Numbered from the stretch's first letter, positions 20,953 to 30,011 are shown. The stretch: 64,000 nucleotides of DNA from Minisyncoccota bacterium (GCA_028716745.1 JAQUPE010000001.1:30203-94202); one strand, 5' to 3'. Translations and numbers: made by a program. Notes: generated by a model not told the origin, from the sequence alone.

Positions 20953-21588
20953 ATGCGTTTCGATATTATTACAATTTTTCCCAATATCTTAGATTCTTAT
21001 TTTAACGAATCTATTTTAAAGCGTGCCGGTAAAAACGGTCTTGTTGAAATTAAAACTCATAATCTCCGTGATTTTACGGACGACAAGCATCATAAAGTTG
21101 ATGAAAGTCCTTATGGCGGAGGTCCCGGAATGGTTTTTAAAGTTGAGCCGATTGAGCAGGCGGTAAAAAGCGTTAAGAAACAGGCAGGCAATAAAAAAAG
21201 CAGAGTAATTTTATTTTCATTGCGTGGAGAAAAGTTTGATCAGAAAATTGCGCATCGTTTGGTCAAGTATGATCAATTGATATTTATTTGCGGGCGATAT
21301 GAGGGCGTGGACGAGAGGGTGGCGGAATATATTGCCGACGAAGAGATTTCCATAGGGGATTATGTTCTTTCCGGCGGAGAGCTGCCGGCGGCAATAGTGA
21401 CGGAGGCGGTGTCTCGGCTGGTCAAGGGAGTTTTGGGAAAGCATGATTCACTGGAAGAATTTAAGGGTTCATATCCGGTTTACACAAAGCCGGAAATAGT
21501 TAAAATTAAAGGAAAAAACAGAAAAGTCCCGGATGTTTTGCTTTCCGGAGACCATAAAAAGATAGAAGAATGGCGGAATAAGCGATAG
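20953..21588 (+). CDS. trmD: tRNA (guanine37-N1)-methyltransferase
   Basis: MRFDIITIFP..., SPOUT fold motifs; 211 aa. Confidence 0.9.
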   Translation: MRFDIITIFPNILDSYFNESILKRAGKNGLVEIKTHNLRDFTDDKHHKVDESPYGGGPGMVFKVEPIEQAVKSVKKQAGNKKSRVILFSLRGEKFDQKIAHRLVKYDQLIFICGRYEGVDERVAEYIADEEISIGDYVLSGGELPAAIVTEAVSRLVKGVLGKHDSLEEFKGSYPVYTKPEIVKIKGKNRKVPDVLLSGDHKKIEEWRNKR

Positions 21589-21598
21589 GATTATCCTC

Positions 21599-22405
21599 TT
21601 GTCTTATTTTAAAATATTTTATATACTACAAACTCATATGGAAGAAATAGCATTAACAGACGTAATAGTTGAAAAAGAAGCCTCTCCGGCCGAATTAATG
21701 GCGCTGGAGGAAATGATGAAAGCAGGGCTTTTTTGGGGACGCAGAAAGGCAAAGACCCATCCAAGGATGAAGTCTTTTGTTTTTGCTACCCGCAATGGAA
21801 TAGAGATTATAGATCTTCATCAAACCAAACAGCTTTTTGAAGAATCATTGGATTTCATCAAATCCAAGATAGCCGATGGAGGATCTGTTTTATTGGTAGG
21901 CACGACTCCGGCGGCTAAAGCCGTTACCGAAGAATTTGCCAAGAAATTAAATTGGCCATACGTTGCTGAGCGCTGGCTCGGAGGAATATTGACCAACTTC
22001 AAAACTCTTTCAAAGAGGATTAGCTATTTCAAGAAATTAAAAACCGATAAAGCGGCCGGAAGATTCGAAAAACTTACAAAGAAAGAAAGGCTTAACATTG
22101 ATCGCGAAATTGAAGAATTAACAATCAAATTCAGCGGTGTTGAAAATATGGAAAAATTGCCGGCAGTAGTTTTTGTTATTGGAGCTACAGAGCATTTAAC
22201 AGCGGTTAAAGAAGCCAAGATAATGAAAATCCCTGTAGTGGCGATGGTAAATACTGATTTTAATCCGGAGATAGTTGATTATGCGATTCCTTCAAATGAT
22301 CGCAGCAAACCGGCTATTGAGTGGGTATTATCTAAATTGGAGACAGCTAGTGAAGAGGCTAAAAAGCAAATTGTAGAAAAAAACGATTTAACTAAACAAA
22401 AATAA
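21599..22405 (+). CDS. rpsB: 30S ribosomal protein uS2 (true start possibly the ATG at ~21638, MEEIAL...)
   Basis: GGILTNFKT, MVNTDFNPEIVDYAIPSNDRS. Confidence 0.88.
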   Translation: MSYFKIFYILQTHMEEIALTDVIVEKEASPAELMALEEMMKAGLFWGRRKAKTHPRMKSFVFATRNGIEIIDLHQTKQLFEESLDFIKSKIADGGSVLLVGTTPAAKAVTEEFAKKLNWPYVAERWLGGILTNFKTLSKRISYFKKLKTDKAAGRFEKLTKKERLNIDREIEELTIKFSGVENMEKLPAVVFVIGATEHLTAVKEAKIMKIPVVAMVNTDFNPEIVDYAIPSNDRSKPAIEWVLSKLETASEEAKKQIVEKNDLTKQK

Positions 22406-22406
22406 A

Positions 22407-22850
22407 ATGGCAAAAGAGGACGTTCAAAAGTTAAGAGAAGAGACCGGCGCAGGAGTAATGGATTGCAAAAAGGCGCTTGAGGATGCCGGAGGTGATTTTG
22501 AAAAAGCCAAAGGATTAATTAATGAAAGAGGATTGCTTAAAGCAGATAAAAAGAGCGAGCGTGCAACTGGCGCGGGAATTTTGGAGACATATATCCATAG
22601 CGGAAGAGTAGGCGTCCTTTTGGAATTGCGCTGCGAAACCGATTTTGCGGCTCATTCTCAGCCAATGAAAGATTTGGCCCATGAATTAGTTATGCATATT
22701 GCGGCTATGAATCCTGAAAGCAACGAGGCTCTTTTAGCTCAGCCCTTTATCAAGGATGAATCTCAGACTATAGAAAATATTATAAAGCTGACAACGGCTA
22801 AGGTTGGTGAAAATATAAAGGTAGGCCGCTTTACAAGATACGCGCTTTAA
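22407..22850 (+). CDS. tsf: elongation factor Ts (short form)
   Basis: MAKEDVQKLREETGAGVMDCKKALED UBA-like N-terminus; follows rpsB. Confidence 0.85.
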   Translation: MAKEDVQKLREETGAGVMDCKKALEDAGGDFEKAKGLINERGLLKADKKSERATGAGILETYIHSGRVGVLLELRCETDFAAHSQPMKDLAHELVMHIAAMNPESNEALLAQPFIKDESQTIENIIKLTTAKVGENIKVGRFTRYAL

Positions 22851-22914
22851 ATTTGAATATCCCGATAATCATCGGGGCATTCAAATCTGTGGTAGAATTT
22901 ATAAATAAATCAGT

Positions 22915-23271
22915 ATGTACGACTTTCTTCTTCAGACTTTTATAATGGCGAGCTTGGCAGTTATGATCTATTTAATTGCCAAAACTATTCCTCGCGTAAG
23001 CGAGCTGGCAACAACTTCCGAAAAGAAAGGTTTTTTAGAGAGCTTTTTTAAAAAGATCCCCTGGCACAAAATAGATTTTTTCCTTGAATCTATGGGAGAA
23101 AAAATGTTGAGGAAGCTCAAGGTTTTTCTTTTAAGGATAGACAATGTTGTAAGTAAGCGTTTAAATAAATTCCGAACAGCTGATAATGAAAAGGCTAATT
23201 TTAAGCCCGATATTTTCGGAGGGGAGAAGGAGGTTGAAAATAAATCCGAAAACAATACAATAAAGGAGTAA
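22915..23271 (+). CDS. hypothetical membrane-anchored protein
   Basis: ORF, N-terminal hydrophobic segment. Confidence 0.35.
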   Translation: MYDFLLQTFIMASLAVMIYLIAKTIPRVSELATTSEKKGFLESFFKKIPWHKIDFFLESMGEKMLRKLKVFLLRIDNVVSKRLNKFRTADNEKANFKPDIFGGEKEVENKSENNTIKE

Positions 23272-23310
23272 TTAGAGTATTCTAATACACCGCTTAAAAA
23301 ACTAATAAAT

Positions 23311-23393
23311 GGGCGCTTCGCATAGCGGCAATTGCATGTGGCTGTAGACCACACGTCCTTGTGACTACGGGGGTTCGAGTCCCTCAGCGCCCA
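23311..23393 (+). tRNA. tRNA-Tyr (GTA), long variable arm
   Basis: acceptor gggcgct/agcgccc; anticodon stem tgtgg/ccaca with loop ctGTAga; long variable arm; T-arm ggggg-ttcgagt-ccctc. Confidence 0.7.
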
Positions 23394-23431
23394 CACTTCG
23401 CCCGCCGCAGCGGATTAGTAAGGCGGAGAAT

Positions 23432-23503
23432 GCCACCTTAGCTCAGCGGTAGAGCAGCACTTTTGTAAAGTGAAGGTCCTCGGTTCAAATCCGAGAGGTG
23501 GCT
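23432..23503 (+). tRNA. tRNA-Thr (TGT)
   Basis: gccacct..gctcagcggtagagc..gcact-ttTGTaa-agtga..ctcgg-ttcaaat-ccgag-aggtggc-t. Confidence 0.7.
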
Positions 23504-23560
23504 CAAATTCACGGTAGTGAATTTGCCTTGATAATTATCGGGGCATACAATTAAAAAATT

Positions 23561-23632
23561 GCCGATGTAGCTCAGTGGTAGAGCAACTCCATGGTAAGGA
23601 GTAGGTCGTCAGTTCAATCCTGACCATCGGCT
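23561..23632 (+). tRNA. tRNA-Thr (GGT)
   Basis: gccgatg..gctcagtggtagagc..actcc-atGGTaa-ggagt..gtcag-ttcaatc-ctgac-catcggc-t. Confidence 0.75.
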
Positions 23633-23683
23633 CAGACGGAATAATCATTGATTTTTATCTGATTATCTGTTAAATTAAAACCT

Positions 23684-23854
23684 ATGTCAGAATCAAAAGC
23701 ATTAGTAAATTCAGTTAAGTTGAGGTGCGACGCCTGCAAGAGGGTCAATTATTATACTCGCAAAAACAAGAAATTGGTTGAAAGGAAAATAGATACAAAA
23801 AAATTCTGCAATTGGTGCAGGAAGCATACAAAGCATAAAGAGGCTAAAAGATAA
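23684..23854 (+). CDS. rpmG: 50S ribosomal protein bL33 (56 aa, below the ORF-track cutoff)
   Basis: Translation MSESKALVNSVKLRCDACKRVNYYTRKNKKLVERKIDTKKFCNWCRKHTKHKEAKR: C-x2-C...C-x2-C zinc ribbon, YYTxKNK and KHxxHKExK are L33 hallmarks; followed by a terminator and tRNA-Trp as in the classical rpmG-tRNA-Trp neighbourhood. Confidence 0.8.
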   Translation: MSESKALVNSVKLRCDACKRVNYYTRKNKKLVERKIDTKKFCNWCRKHTKHKEAKR

Positions 23855-23860
23855 ATAGAA

Positions 23861-23890
23861 AATGGGCGCAATTGCCCATTTTTTATTTTT
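23861..23890 (+). terminator. rho-independent terminator after rpmG
   Basis: aatgggc..gcccatt hairpin + T-run. Confidence 0.6.
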
Positions 23891-23912
23891 AATCTAAAAT
23901 AAGCATTATTAA

Positions 23913-23984
23913 GGGCGCGTCGTCCAATGGCTAGGACTCTGGTCTCCAAAACCAGTTATGAGGGTTCGAATCCTTCCGCGCCCG
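23913..23984 (+). tRNA. tRNA-Trp (CCA)
   Basis: gggcgcg..gtcc-aatggctag-ggac..ctggt-ctCCAaa-accag..gaggg-ttcgaat-ccttc-cgcgccc-g. Confidence 0.8.
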
Positions 23985-24165
23985 CAATTTAGCTCAGAAT
24001 ATCAAGAACCTTGCTATGGCACACAGATTATGATGTGTGAGTATTTTTGTTTAGAAAATTTTTATTTGACTAAATATTAATTATGTGCTGTTATATAAAT
24101 AGCAATTTGAGATTACAGAGTCTCAAAATTTAAAATAAAAAATAGTTAATAGGGAGAGTGAAAAT

Positions 24166-24591
24166 ATGGATATGGAAAGGGCAATTGCAGAAATAATAGT
24201 CGCAATAGGTTTAGTTGCTGCAATATCTTGGTTCTGGTCTATAATCAATGAAAAGGAAGAGCCGAATAAGGAGGAAGAGCTTGAGGGGAGCGTAGGGCCG
24301 TCAGAGTTATGCTCTAAGTGTGTACATCTTGAATCATCTTGTAAAACACACAATACCTATGGCAGATATCTTTTTGCAAATAGAACGCTTTGCCATTATC
24401 GAGCGATACAACACTCTTTTAAGATATATTTTGTAAATGGTAAAGAGATGGAAGTGGAGTTGGAATGTAACGCAAGCTCCGAAAATATTACAAGTTATAT
24501 AGAAAAGGAGGCTAAAAATATAGGTATTGCCGGGATATATATAGGTAATATTTATTATCCTCCACAATCAATATCAAAGGTAATATATTAA
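24166..24591 (+). CDS. hypothetical Cys-containing protein
   Basis: ORF with SD agggagagtgaaaatATG; terminator-like hairpin after the stop. Confidence 0.4.
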   Translation: MDMERAIAEIIVAIGLVAAISWFWSIINEKEEPNKEEELEGSVGPSELCSKCVHLESSCKTHNTYGRYLFANRTLCHYRAIQHSFKIYFVNGKEMEVELECNASSENITSYIEKEAKNIGIAGIYIGNIYYPPQSISKVIY

Positions 24592-24704
24592 GTATCTGTG
24601 CCCCATAGTTAAAAGCTGTGGGTTTTTTATTTGAAAAATTGCTTTGATCAGTATTTTTAGATAAGATTAATTTAATATCGAAAGATCTTTAATAGGAGGA
24701 AATA

Positions 24705-24953
24705 ATGTATAGATTAAGCAGGAAGCTTTTTTGGCAAATCATACGTAAATCTTTTAAGGAAACTTTTCTGGAAATAGCGTTATTTCTGGCAATACTTTGG
24801 GGATCGTCTTTTATTTTTTGGCTCGCGATTCGTTTTATTTTCGGAGCCAAAGCCGGTTTCTTCACGGTATTCAGCTGGTATTCGGCGCTTATATGTTTGG
24901 CGATTTTGATGCGAAAAATCTACAAGCATACGCCGCTGGAAAAAGAACAGTAA
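24705..24953 (+). CDS. small membrane protein, hypothetical
   Basis: 82-aa ORF with two hydrophobic helices, SD aggagg. Confidence 0.4.
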   Translation: MYRLSRKLFWQIIRKSFKETFLEIALFLAILWGSSFIFWLAIRFIFGAKAGFFTVFSWYSALICLAILMRKIYKHTPLEKEQ

Positions 24954-25055
24954 TAACAATGCAGCAACAGGGCCCACATGGCCCCTTTTTATTTTTAAAT
25001 AAAAAAAGCCCCCGGAAACTTCCAGGGGAACATATTGTGTCGCGTTTTCTTGTGT

Positions 25056-25523
25056 TTAGGAAAAGCGGCTGAGCCTTATAATCGTTACGCCTCCTAGGCC
25101 TTCTTGTCTTGGAACCTCTACTACCTTGAAGCCCTTCCGAATACTCAGGCAGGCTATCTCAGGGAACCGTTTCCTGACAGACATCCACATCAGCGTGTCG
25201 GCTATTTCCATCTTCGTTTTGATCTCCAGGAAGCTCCGGTTGAATTTCTTGACGAGCTCCTTCTCCTTTTTCGGTTCTTTCCCGATCAGTTTATCGGCGT
25301 CTTTCATCAGCTTCATGGCCTTGTCATGCTGCTGATCCATAAAGACATCCATGGCCTTTTCGAGATCGGTCATGTCGCCGAGCACCTTTTCTTTCTCGCC
25401 GATTTCGCTGCCGGCGTCTTCGAACTTTCCGCTGTTTATGATAATGCCGATTTCCTCAAGCATTTCTCCCGCGAGTCCGTCGATAGATACCTTGCTGCCG
25501 TTTTTTAAAAGAACTTCTGCCAT
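25056..25523 (-). CDS. high-G+C hypothetical protein (likely start is the ATG at 25523, SD aaggaggga; the track ORF extends to a TTG at 25553)
   Basis: Minus-strand ORF with clearly higher G+C; flanked by hairpins that give terminators on both strands (24967-24995 and 25004-25030). Confidence 0.45.
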   Translation of the reverse strand: MAEVLLKNGSKVSIDGLAGEMLEEIGIIINSGKFEDAGSEIGEKEKVLGDMTDLEKAMDVFMDQQHDKAMKLMKDADKLIGKEPKKEKELVKKFNRSFLEIKTKMEIADTLMWMSVRKRFPEIACLSIRKGFKVVEVPRQEGLGGVTIIRLSRFS

Positions 25524-25632
25524 TGCTCCCTCCTTTGGGAATTTTATTTGCAACAGAAGTTTTATTATAGATATTATTATAAAATTGTCAATATAATTTA
25601 CTTAAAAAGAGATTTTTTGATAAAATAAACCA

Positions 25633-26163
25633 ATGGACAATATAAAAAACAAAATTAGGGAAGTGCAGGACTGGCCGAAGAAGGGGATAAATTTTAAGGA
25701 CATAACCACTCTTTTGCAGGACAAAGATACATTTAAAAAGGTTATTGATTCGCTGGCGGATTTTTTTGTTAATGAAAAAATAGACAAGGTTGTCGGAATA
25801 GACGCCAGAGGATTTTTAGTTGCTTCGCCGCTGGCCTATAAATTAAATGCCGGGCTGGTAATCGTCAGGAAGCCGGGCAAGCTTCCGTTCTCCACAATCC
25901 AGCAGGAATATACTTTGGAATATGGAAAAGATGTTTTGCAAATGCACACAGATGCGATTTTAAAAGGCGAAAAAGTTATTTTAATTGATGATTTGATTGC
26001 TACCGGAGGAACAGCGATGGCGACGTGTAATTTAATTGAAAAGCTTGGCGGAAAGGTGGCTGGAGTCGGATGCATTATTGATTTGCCATTTTTAAACGGT
26101 TCAAAAAAATTGGAAGATAAAGGCTATAAAGTTAAAAGTTTAATAACCTATGACAGCGAATAA
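25633..26163 (+). CDS. apt: adenine phosphoribosyltransferase
   Basis: PRPP-binding motif [16 protein letters not shown]; 176 aa. Confidence 0.9.
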   Translation: MDNIKNKIREVQDWPKKGINFKDITTLLQDKDTFKKVIDSLADFFVNEKIDKVVGIDARGFLVASPLAYKLNAGLVIVRKPGKLPFSTIQQEYTLEYGKDVLQMHTDAILKGEKVILIDDLIATGGTAMATCNLIEKLGGKVAGVGCIIDLPFLNGSKKLEDKGYKVKSLITYDSE

Positions 26164-26929
26164 AATTAAAATCGCCATAATCGGGGGGAGCGGATTGGAC
26201 GATCCGAAGATTTTAAAAAATCCGCAAGAAGTTGAAATAGAAACACCTTTCGGCGCCCCTGCCAGCAAATTGATTACGGGGCAAATTGCTGGACAAGATG
26301 TCGTTGTTTTGGCGCGCCACGGGAAAAATCACAGCATTATGCCGACCAAGGTTCCTTTCCGCGCTAATATTTGGGCGTTGAAGGAAATCGGCTGTACCCA
26401 TATTTTGGCGACTACGGCCTGCGGTTCGCTCAGAGAAGAAATTAAACCGAAAGAACTTGTTTTTATGGATCAGTTTATTGATTTCACAAAGCATCGCAAC
26501 TTAACTTTTTTTGAAGATAAAGTTATTCATACGCCGATGGCGGATCCGTTTTGCCCGAAGCTAAGAGACCTGTTAATAAAAACCGCCGAAGATTTAAAAC
26601 TTCCTCATCACAAAAAGGGAACTAATGTAACAATAGAGGGCCCTCGTTTTTCTACTCGCGCAGAAAGCCATATGTTCAGGACGCTTGGAGCCGATATTAT
26701 AAATATGAGCACCGTACCGGAGGTTATTTTAGCTAGAGAGCTGGGGATTTGTTATGCGAGTATTGCTATGGCGACGGATTATGATTGCTGGAAGAAGGGC
26801 GAAGAATCGGTGACTTGGGAAATGATTTTAGAGAATATGAAGCACAATGCCGAGAATGTTAAGAAATTATTATTGGAAGTCATACCTAAAATTGATTATT
26901 TGGAGTGTTCTTGCGAGCAGCCGCATTAA
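26150..26929 (+). CDS. mtnP: S-methyl-5'-thioadenosine phosphorylase (PNP family)
   Basis: [13 protein letters not shown]..., typical MTAP/PNP-family 2 motifs; 259 aa. Confidence 0.8.
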   Translation: MTANKIKIAIIGGSGLDDPKILKNPQEVEIETPFGAPASKLITGQIAGQDVVVLARHGKNHSIMPTKVPFRANIWALKEIGCTHILATTACGSLREEIKPKELVFMDQFIDFTKHRNLTFFEDKVIHTPMADPFCPKLRDLLIKTAEDLKLPHHKKGTNVTIEGPRFSTRAESHMFRTLGADIINMSTVPEVILARELGICYASIAMATDYDCWKKGEESVTWEMILENMKHNAENVKKLLLEVIPKIDYLECSCEQPH

Positions 26930-26950
26930 AATTTTGTTATAATTAACATT

Positions 26951-27919
26951 ATGAATAAAAAAGGATTTATTGAGATGCCGGTTTTAATAGCTATTATTAC
27001 GGGAATTATTGTAGTTGGAAGCGCCGGATATCTTGGAATAGGGAAATATATGGCTGGAAAGTCCAATAGGGCGACAACCACTCAGGAAGTGCTTTGCTCT
27101 AAAAAAGACGGAGCCAAGAAAATGAATATGGAGGAGGCGAAGCAGATTGCTGCCAAGAGCGAATGCGGGAATAAATTTTTGGAAGGAGTTGTTTGTAACG
27201 ATAATTCCGGAACATGGTGGTTTAACTTGGATATTAAAAAGCAGGGATGCAGCCCCGCCTGTGTTATTGATGTAGAAACGAAAAAAGCGGAAATAAATTG
27301 GAGATGCACGGGTTTGATTATACCGGAAGCCGGTAAAACCAATACGGCTACAGAAGCCCCGAAAACAACTGCGCCGGCGACCAAGCCGTCCAGCAAGCCG
27401 GTAACTTCCGGAACTACAACCACTACTACCAACACAACAGCTCAAACCGGCTCGCAGGCGACTACCACACAAACTACAACGGCAACAACTACGCCAGCGA
27501 CAACCGCTACGACTACGCCGACAACTTCTACAACAACTACCGCCACTACCACTACCACAACCACAACAACGCCTGCGGTTTCTGCCACCACCACTTCTTT
27601 TACTCCGAAAATTTCTTCTAATATAACAACCACTCCGACAATCGCCTCAAATGGCAGTCCGGCTATAATTTTGGCTTTTGATACGGATAAAGAATGTGTC
27701 AGCACATTTTATTATTGGATAGATCCAAGCTATATCAGTACAAATAAGGGCCGTTATTTGGATAATCAGATTAATCATTCCGCGATTTTATATAACCTTG
27801 ATAATCTTAGTGAGGTTTATAATTGGAAAGCGAAATGTGTTGCGGTTGACGCCTCTTATGTGGAAACAGGAAACTTAACTTTCCAGCTAGAACATGCCTC
27901 TTCGTTTCCAGCTCCGTAA
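26951..27919 (+). CDS. pilin-like protein with long Thr-rich low-complexity linker
   Basis: N-terminus MNKKGFIEMPVLIAIITGIIVVG is prepilin-like; ~80-aa T/A/P-rich tract (TTTTTNTTAQTG...TTTTTTTTTP) then a C-terminal globular part. Confidence 0.5.
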   Translation: MNKKGFIEMPVLIAIITGIIVVGSAGYLGIGKYMAGKSNRATTTQEVLCSKKDGAKKMNMEEAKQIAAKSECGNKFLEGVVCNDNSGTWWFNLDIKKQGCSPACVIDVETKKAEINWRCTGLIIPEAGKTNTATEAPKTTAPATKPSSKPVTSGTTTTTTNTTAQTGSQATTTQTTTATTTPATTATTTPTTSTTTTATTTTTTTTTPAVSATTTSFTPKISSNITTTPTIASNGSPAIILAFDTDKECVSTFYYWIDPSYISTNKGRYLDNQINHSAILYNLDNLSEVYNWKAKCVAVDASYVETGNLTFQLEHASSFPAP

Positions 27920-27930
27920 ATAAATATTTT

Positions 27931-28587
27931 ATGGCTACTTATGAAGATCTAATACAAGGGTTAGTTAAAGACGGCTATTTGAAAACGCCGGCGATAATTG
28001 ACGCATTTAAGGCGATAGACCGCAAAGATTTTTTGCCAAATGAAATGCAAGACAAGGCGTATGAAAATACAGCTTTGCCGATTGGACATAGCCAGACAAT
28101 ATCTCAGCCGCTGGTGGTAGCGTTTATGCTTGAATTATTGAATATAAAGCCGGGAGAAAAGATTTTGGAAATAGGCACAGGCTCCGGATGGCAAACCGCC
28201 ATAATTGCTCACGTTGTAAGTCATATTCAAACGGCAGGCGAGGGAGGCTGGCAGAAAAATATAGTTTCCGTTGAGCGCGTAAAAGAGCTTCATGATTTTT
28301 CCAGAGAAAGAATAGCTAAATATGGCTATGAAAAAGACGGGCTGGTGGAGTTGGTTTTGGGAGATGGATCTTTGGGTCATCCGGTTGGCGCGCCTTATGA
28401 TAAAATAATTGCCGCCGCTTCGGCTGCTGAAATGCCGGAGGCATGGAAGGATCAGTTGAAGATTGGGGGAAAGATAGTGGCGCCGGTAAAAGAAAGTATT
28501 ATTGTTTTAGAAAAAACCGCCAAGGATAAAATGGAAATGAAAGAGTATTTTGGATTTAGTTTCGTGCCGTTAATTCCCAAGCCTTAA
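27931..28587 (+). CDS. pcm: protein-L-isoaspartate O-methyltransferase
   Basis: TISQPLVVAFMLELL, LEIGTGSGWQTAI SAM-binding motif. Confidence 0.85.
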   Translation: MATYEDLIQGLVKDGYLKTPAIIDAFKAIDRKDFLPNEMQDKAYENTALPIGHSQTISQPLVVAFMLELLNIKPGEKILEIGTGSGWQTAIIAHVVSHIQTAGEGGWQKNIVSVERVKELHDFSRERIAKYGYEKDGLVELVLGDGSLGHPVGAPYDKIIAAASAAEMPEAWKDQLKIGGKIVAPVKESIIVLEKTAKDKMEMKEYFGFSFVPLIPKP

Positions 28588-28632
28588 TGGGGTGAGGGAG
28601 AGTAGGCGGGGGCAAAAATGAGGAAAGAAAAA

Positions 28633-28672
28633 GTTGTATATTATATGATAATTGTCACATATAATATACAAC
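28633..28672. repeat. 40-bp palindromic repeat copy 1 (14-bp perfect inverted arms gttgtatattatat / atataatatacaac, 12-nt spacer gataattgtcac)
   Basis: read directly; the two arms are exact reverse complements. Confidence 0.8.
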
Positions 28673-28726
28673 TCAAGATTTGAGGGTGGGAGAGAGGGGA
28701 TGGAAAAGAAAAAAGGAAAAATGGAG

Positions 28727-28764
28727 GTTGTATAGTATATGATAATTGTAACATATAGTATACA
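28727..28764. repeat. palindromic repeat copy 2 (gttgtatagtatat-gataattgtaac-atatagtataca)
   Basis: Tandem ~100-bp unit duplication with copy 1; followed by the G-rich tract gaggggcggaggggaaatgggtgggggcggtgggg. Confidence 0.75.
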
Positions 28765-28812
28765 GGTTGGAGATTGAGGGGCGGAGGGGAAATGGGTGGG
28801 GGCGGTGGGGTT

Positions 28813-28841
28813 GACACTAAGTTTTCAATATAATATATTAA
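28813..28841 (+). promoter_or_regulatory. sigma70-like promoter TTGACA-N17-TATATT upstream of rplJ
   Basis: ttgaca at 28813-28818, -10-like tatatt 17 nt downstream. Confidence 0.45.
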
Positions 28842-28953
28842 AAGTAATCCGTAGACCGTAGGCGAACAATAAGTCCTACCGAGGAATTAAGCCAAAACGA
28901 TTTTTGGCGTTTCTACGGACCACTAAAGGTCCATTTTTATTAATCAAAAATAT
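28842..28953 (+). ncRNA. structured rplJ 5' leader (putative L10(L12) autoregulatory leader)
   Basis: ~110-nt UTR with long-range complementarity (tccgtagaccgtagg ... cgtttctacggacc); position is conserved for the L10 leader in bacteria. Confidence 0.4.
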
Positions 28954-29475
28954 ATGCCGTTAACTAAAGCTAAAAAGAAAGAGTATATAGATTTAGGGGT
29001 AAGCAAGATAAAGGACAGCAAGAGCCTTATTTTTGCCGATTTTAACAAGGTTGGAGTGGAAGATGTGAAAAGACTTAGACGAGAGCTTAGAAAGCAAGGC
29101 GTGGACTTCAGGGTCATCAAAAAGCGTTTGCTTAAAATTGCCCTTAAAGATTCCGGATTGGATTTTGATCCATCTCAGATTAAAACTCAGATGGGAACAT
29201 TTTTTATCCCGGAGGATTTAAGCTCAATAGCTTCGGTAATTTATAAATTCTCAAAAGAAATTGAAAAAGGAAAGAAAGGAGAATTTAAAATATTAGGCGG
29301 AGTTGATGTGTCGGAAAAGAAATTTGTTGAAGCGCTTGAAGTTATCGCGATAGCCAAGTTGCCGAGCAGAGAAGTGTTGTTGTCTCAAATCGCTATGCTT
29401 CTTACGATGCCGTTAAAACAATTAATGCAGGCGTTAAATGAAAAGGCTAAACAGCCGGAGGCTGTTGCCAAATAG
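28954..29475 (+). CDS. rplJ: 50S ribosomal protein uL10
   Basis: Upstream of rplL; 173 aa; the rest of the usual rpmG-secE-nusG-rplKA-rplJL block is absent from this window. Confidence 0.85.
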   Translation: MPLTKAKKKEYIDLGVSKIKDSKSLIFADFNKVGVEDVKRLRRELRKQGVDFRVIKKRLLKIALKDSGLDFDPSQIKTQMGTFFIPEDLSSIASVIYKFSKEIEKGKKGEFKILGGVDVSEKKFVEALEVIAIAKLPSREVLLSQIAMLLTMPLKQLMQALNEKAKQPEAVAK

Positions 29476-29489
29476 AGGTCGAACCGGGT

Positions 29490-29556
29490 AGTGAAAACTC
29501 GATTTGCCCCGCAATGCGGGGCGAGTCAAAAGCAATCGAGTTTCTACTACCCGGGA
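29490..29556 (+). terminator. long intergenic hairpin/attenuator between rplJ and rplL
   Basis: ccgggtagtgaaaactcgattt...aatcgagtttctactacccgg enclosing gccccgcaatgcggggc. Confidence 0.45.
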
Positions 29557-29584
29557 GAAATTAATAATTAACTAAATTAAAACT

Positions 29585-29950
29585 ATGGAAAAATATAAAG
29601 ACATTTTAGAAAAAATCGCGGAAATGAAAGTGACCGAACTCGGAGAATTGGTTAAGGCCATTGAGGAAAAATTTGGAGTTTCTGCTTCTATGCCGGTAAT
29701 GGCTGGAGGCGCAGCCGCTCCTGCCGAAGCTGAAGAAAAAACAGCTTGGAACGTTATGCTCAAGGCTGGAGGCGAACAGAAAATTCAGGTCATCAAGGTT
29801 TTGCGAGAAGTTACCGGTCTTGGCTTGAAAGAAGCTAAAGACATGGTAGACGGAGCTCCGAAAGTTGTGAAAGAGGGACTCAAGAAAGAAGATGCGGAAG
29901 AATTGAAAAAGAAATTGGAAGTAGCCGGAGCCACAGTAGAACTGCAGTAA
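29585..29950 (+). CDS. rplL: 50S ribosomal protein bL12 (L7/L12)
   Basis: Ala-rich hinge, C-terminal [23 protein letters not shown]. Confidence 0.93.
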   Translation: MEKYKDILEKIAEMKVTELGELVKAIEEKFGVSASMPVMAGGAAAPAEAEEKTAWNVMLKAGGEQKIQVIKVLREVTGLGLKEAKDMVDGAPKVVKEGLKKEDAEELKKKLEVAGATVELQ

Positions 29951-29962
29951 AATTTATAAAAG

Positions 29963-29993
29963 ACGCGCCGTTTGAAAACGGCGTGTTTTTTAT
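29963..29993 (+). terminator. rho-independent terminator after rplL
   Basis: acgcgccg-tttgaaaa-cggcgtgt + T-run. Confidence 0.65.
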
Positions 29994-30011
29994 TTATAGT
30001 AGTAGGGAAGC

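Noticed and set aside
24107-24127. Imperfect palindrome ttgagattacagagtctcaa upstream of 24166
   Set aside because: Single occurrence, short and imperfect; could be an operator but evidence is insufficient to report as a finding.
26984-27705. Minus-strand ORFs (162, 117, 87 aa) and the strongly repetitive nucleotide pattern (acaact/accacc repeats) within 27400-27600
   Set aside because: They are antisense shadows of the plus-strand Thr-rich low-complexity coding region of 26951..27919. The repeats are imperfect codon-level repeats encoding a T/A/P linker, not a CRISPR array or a minisatellite with spacers.
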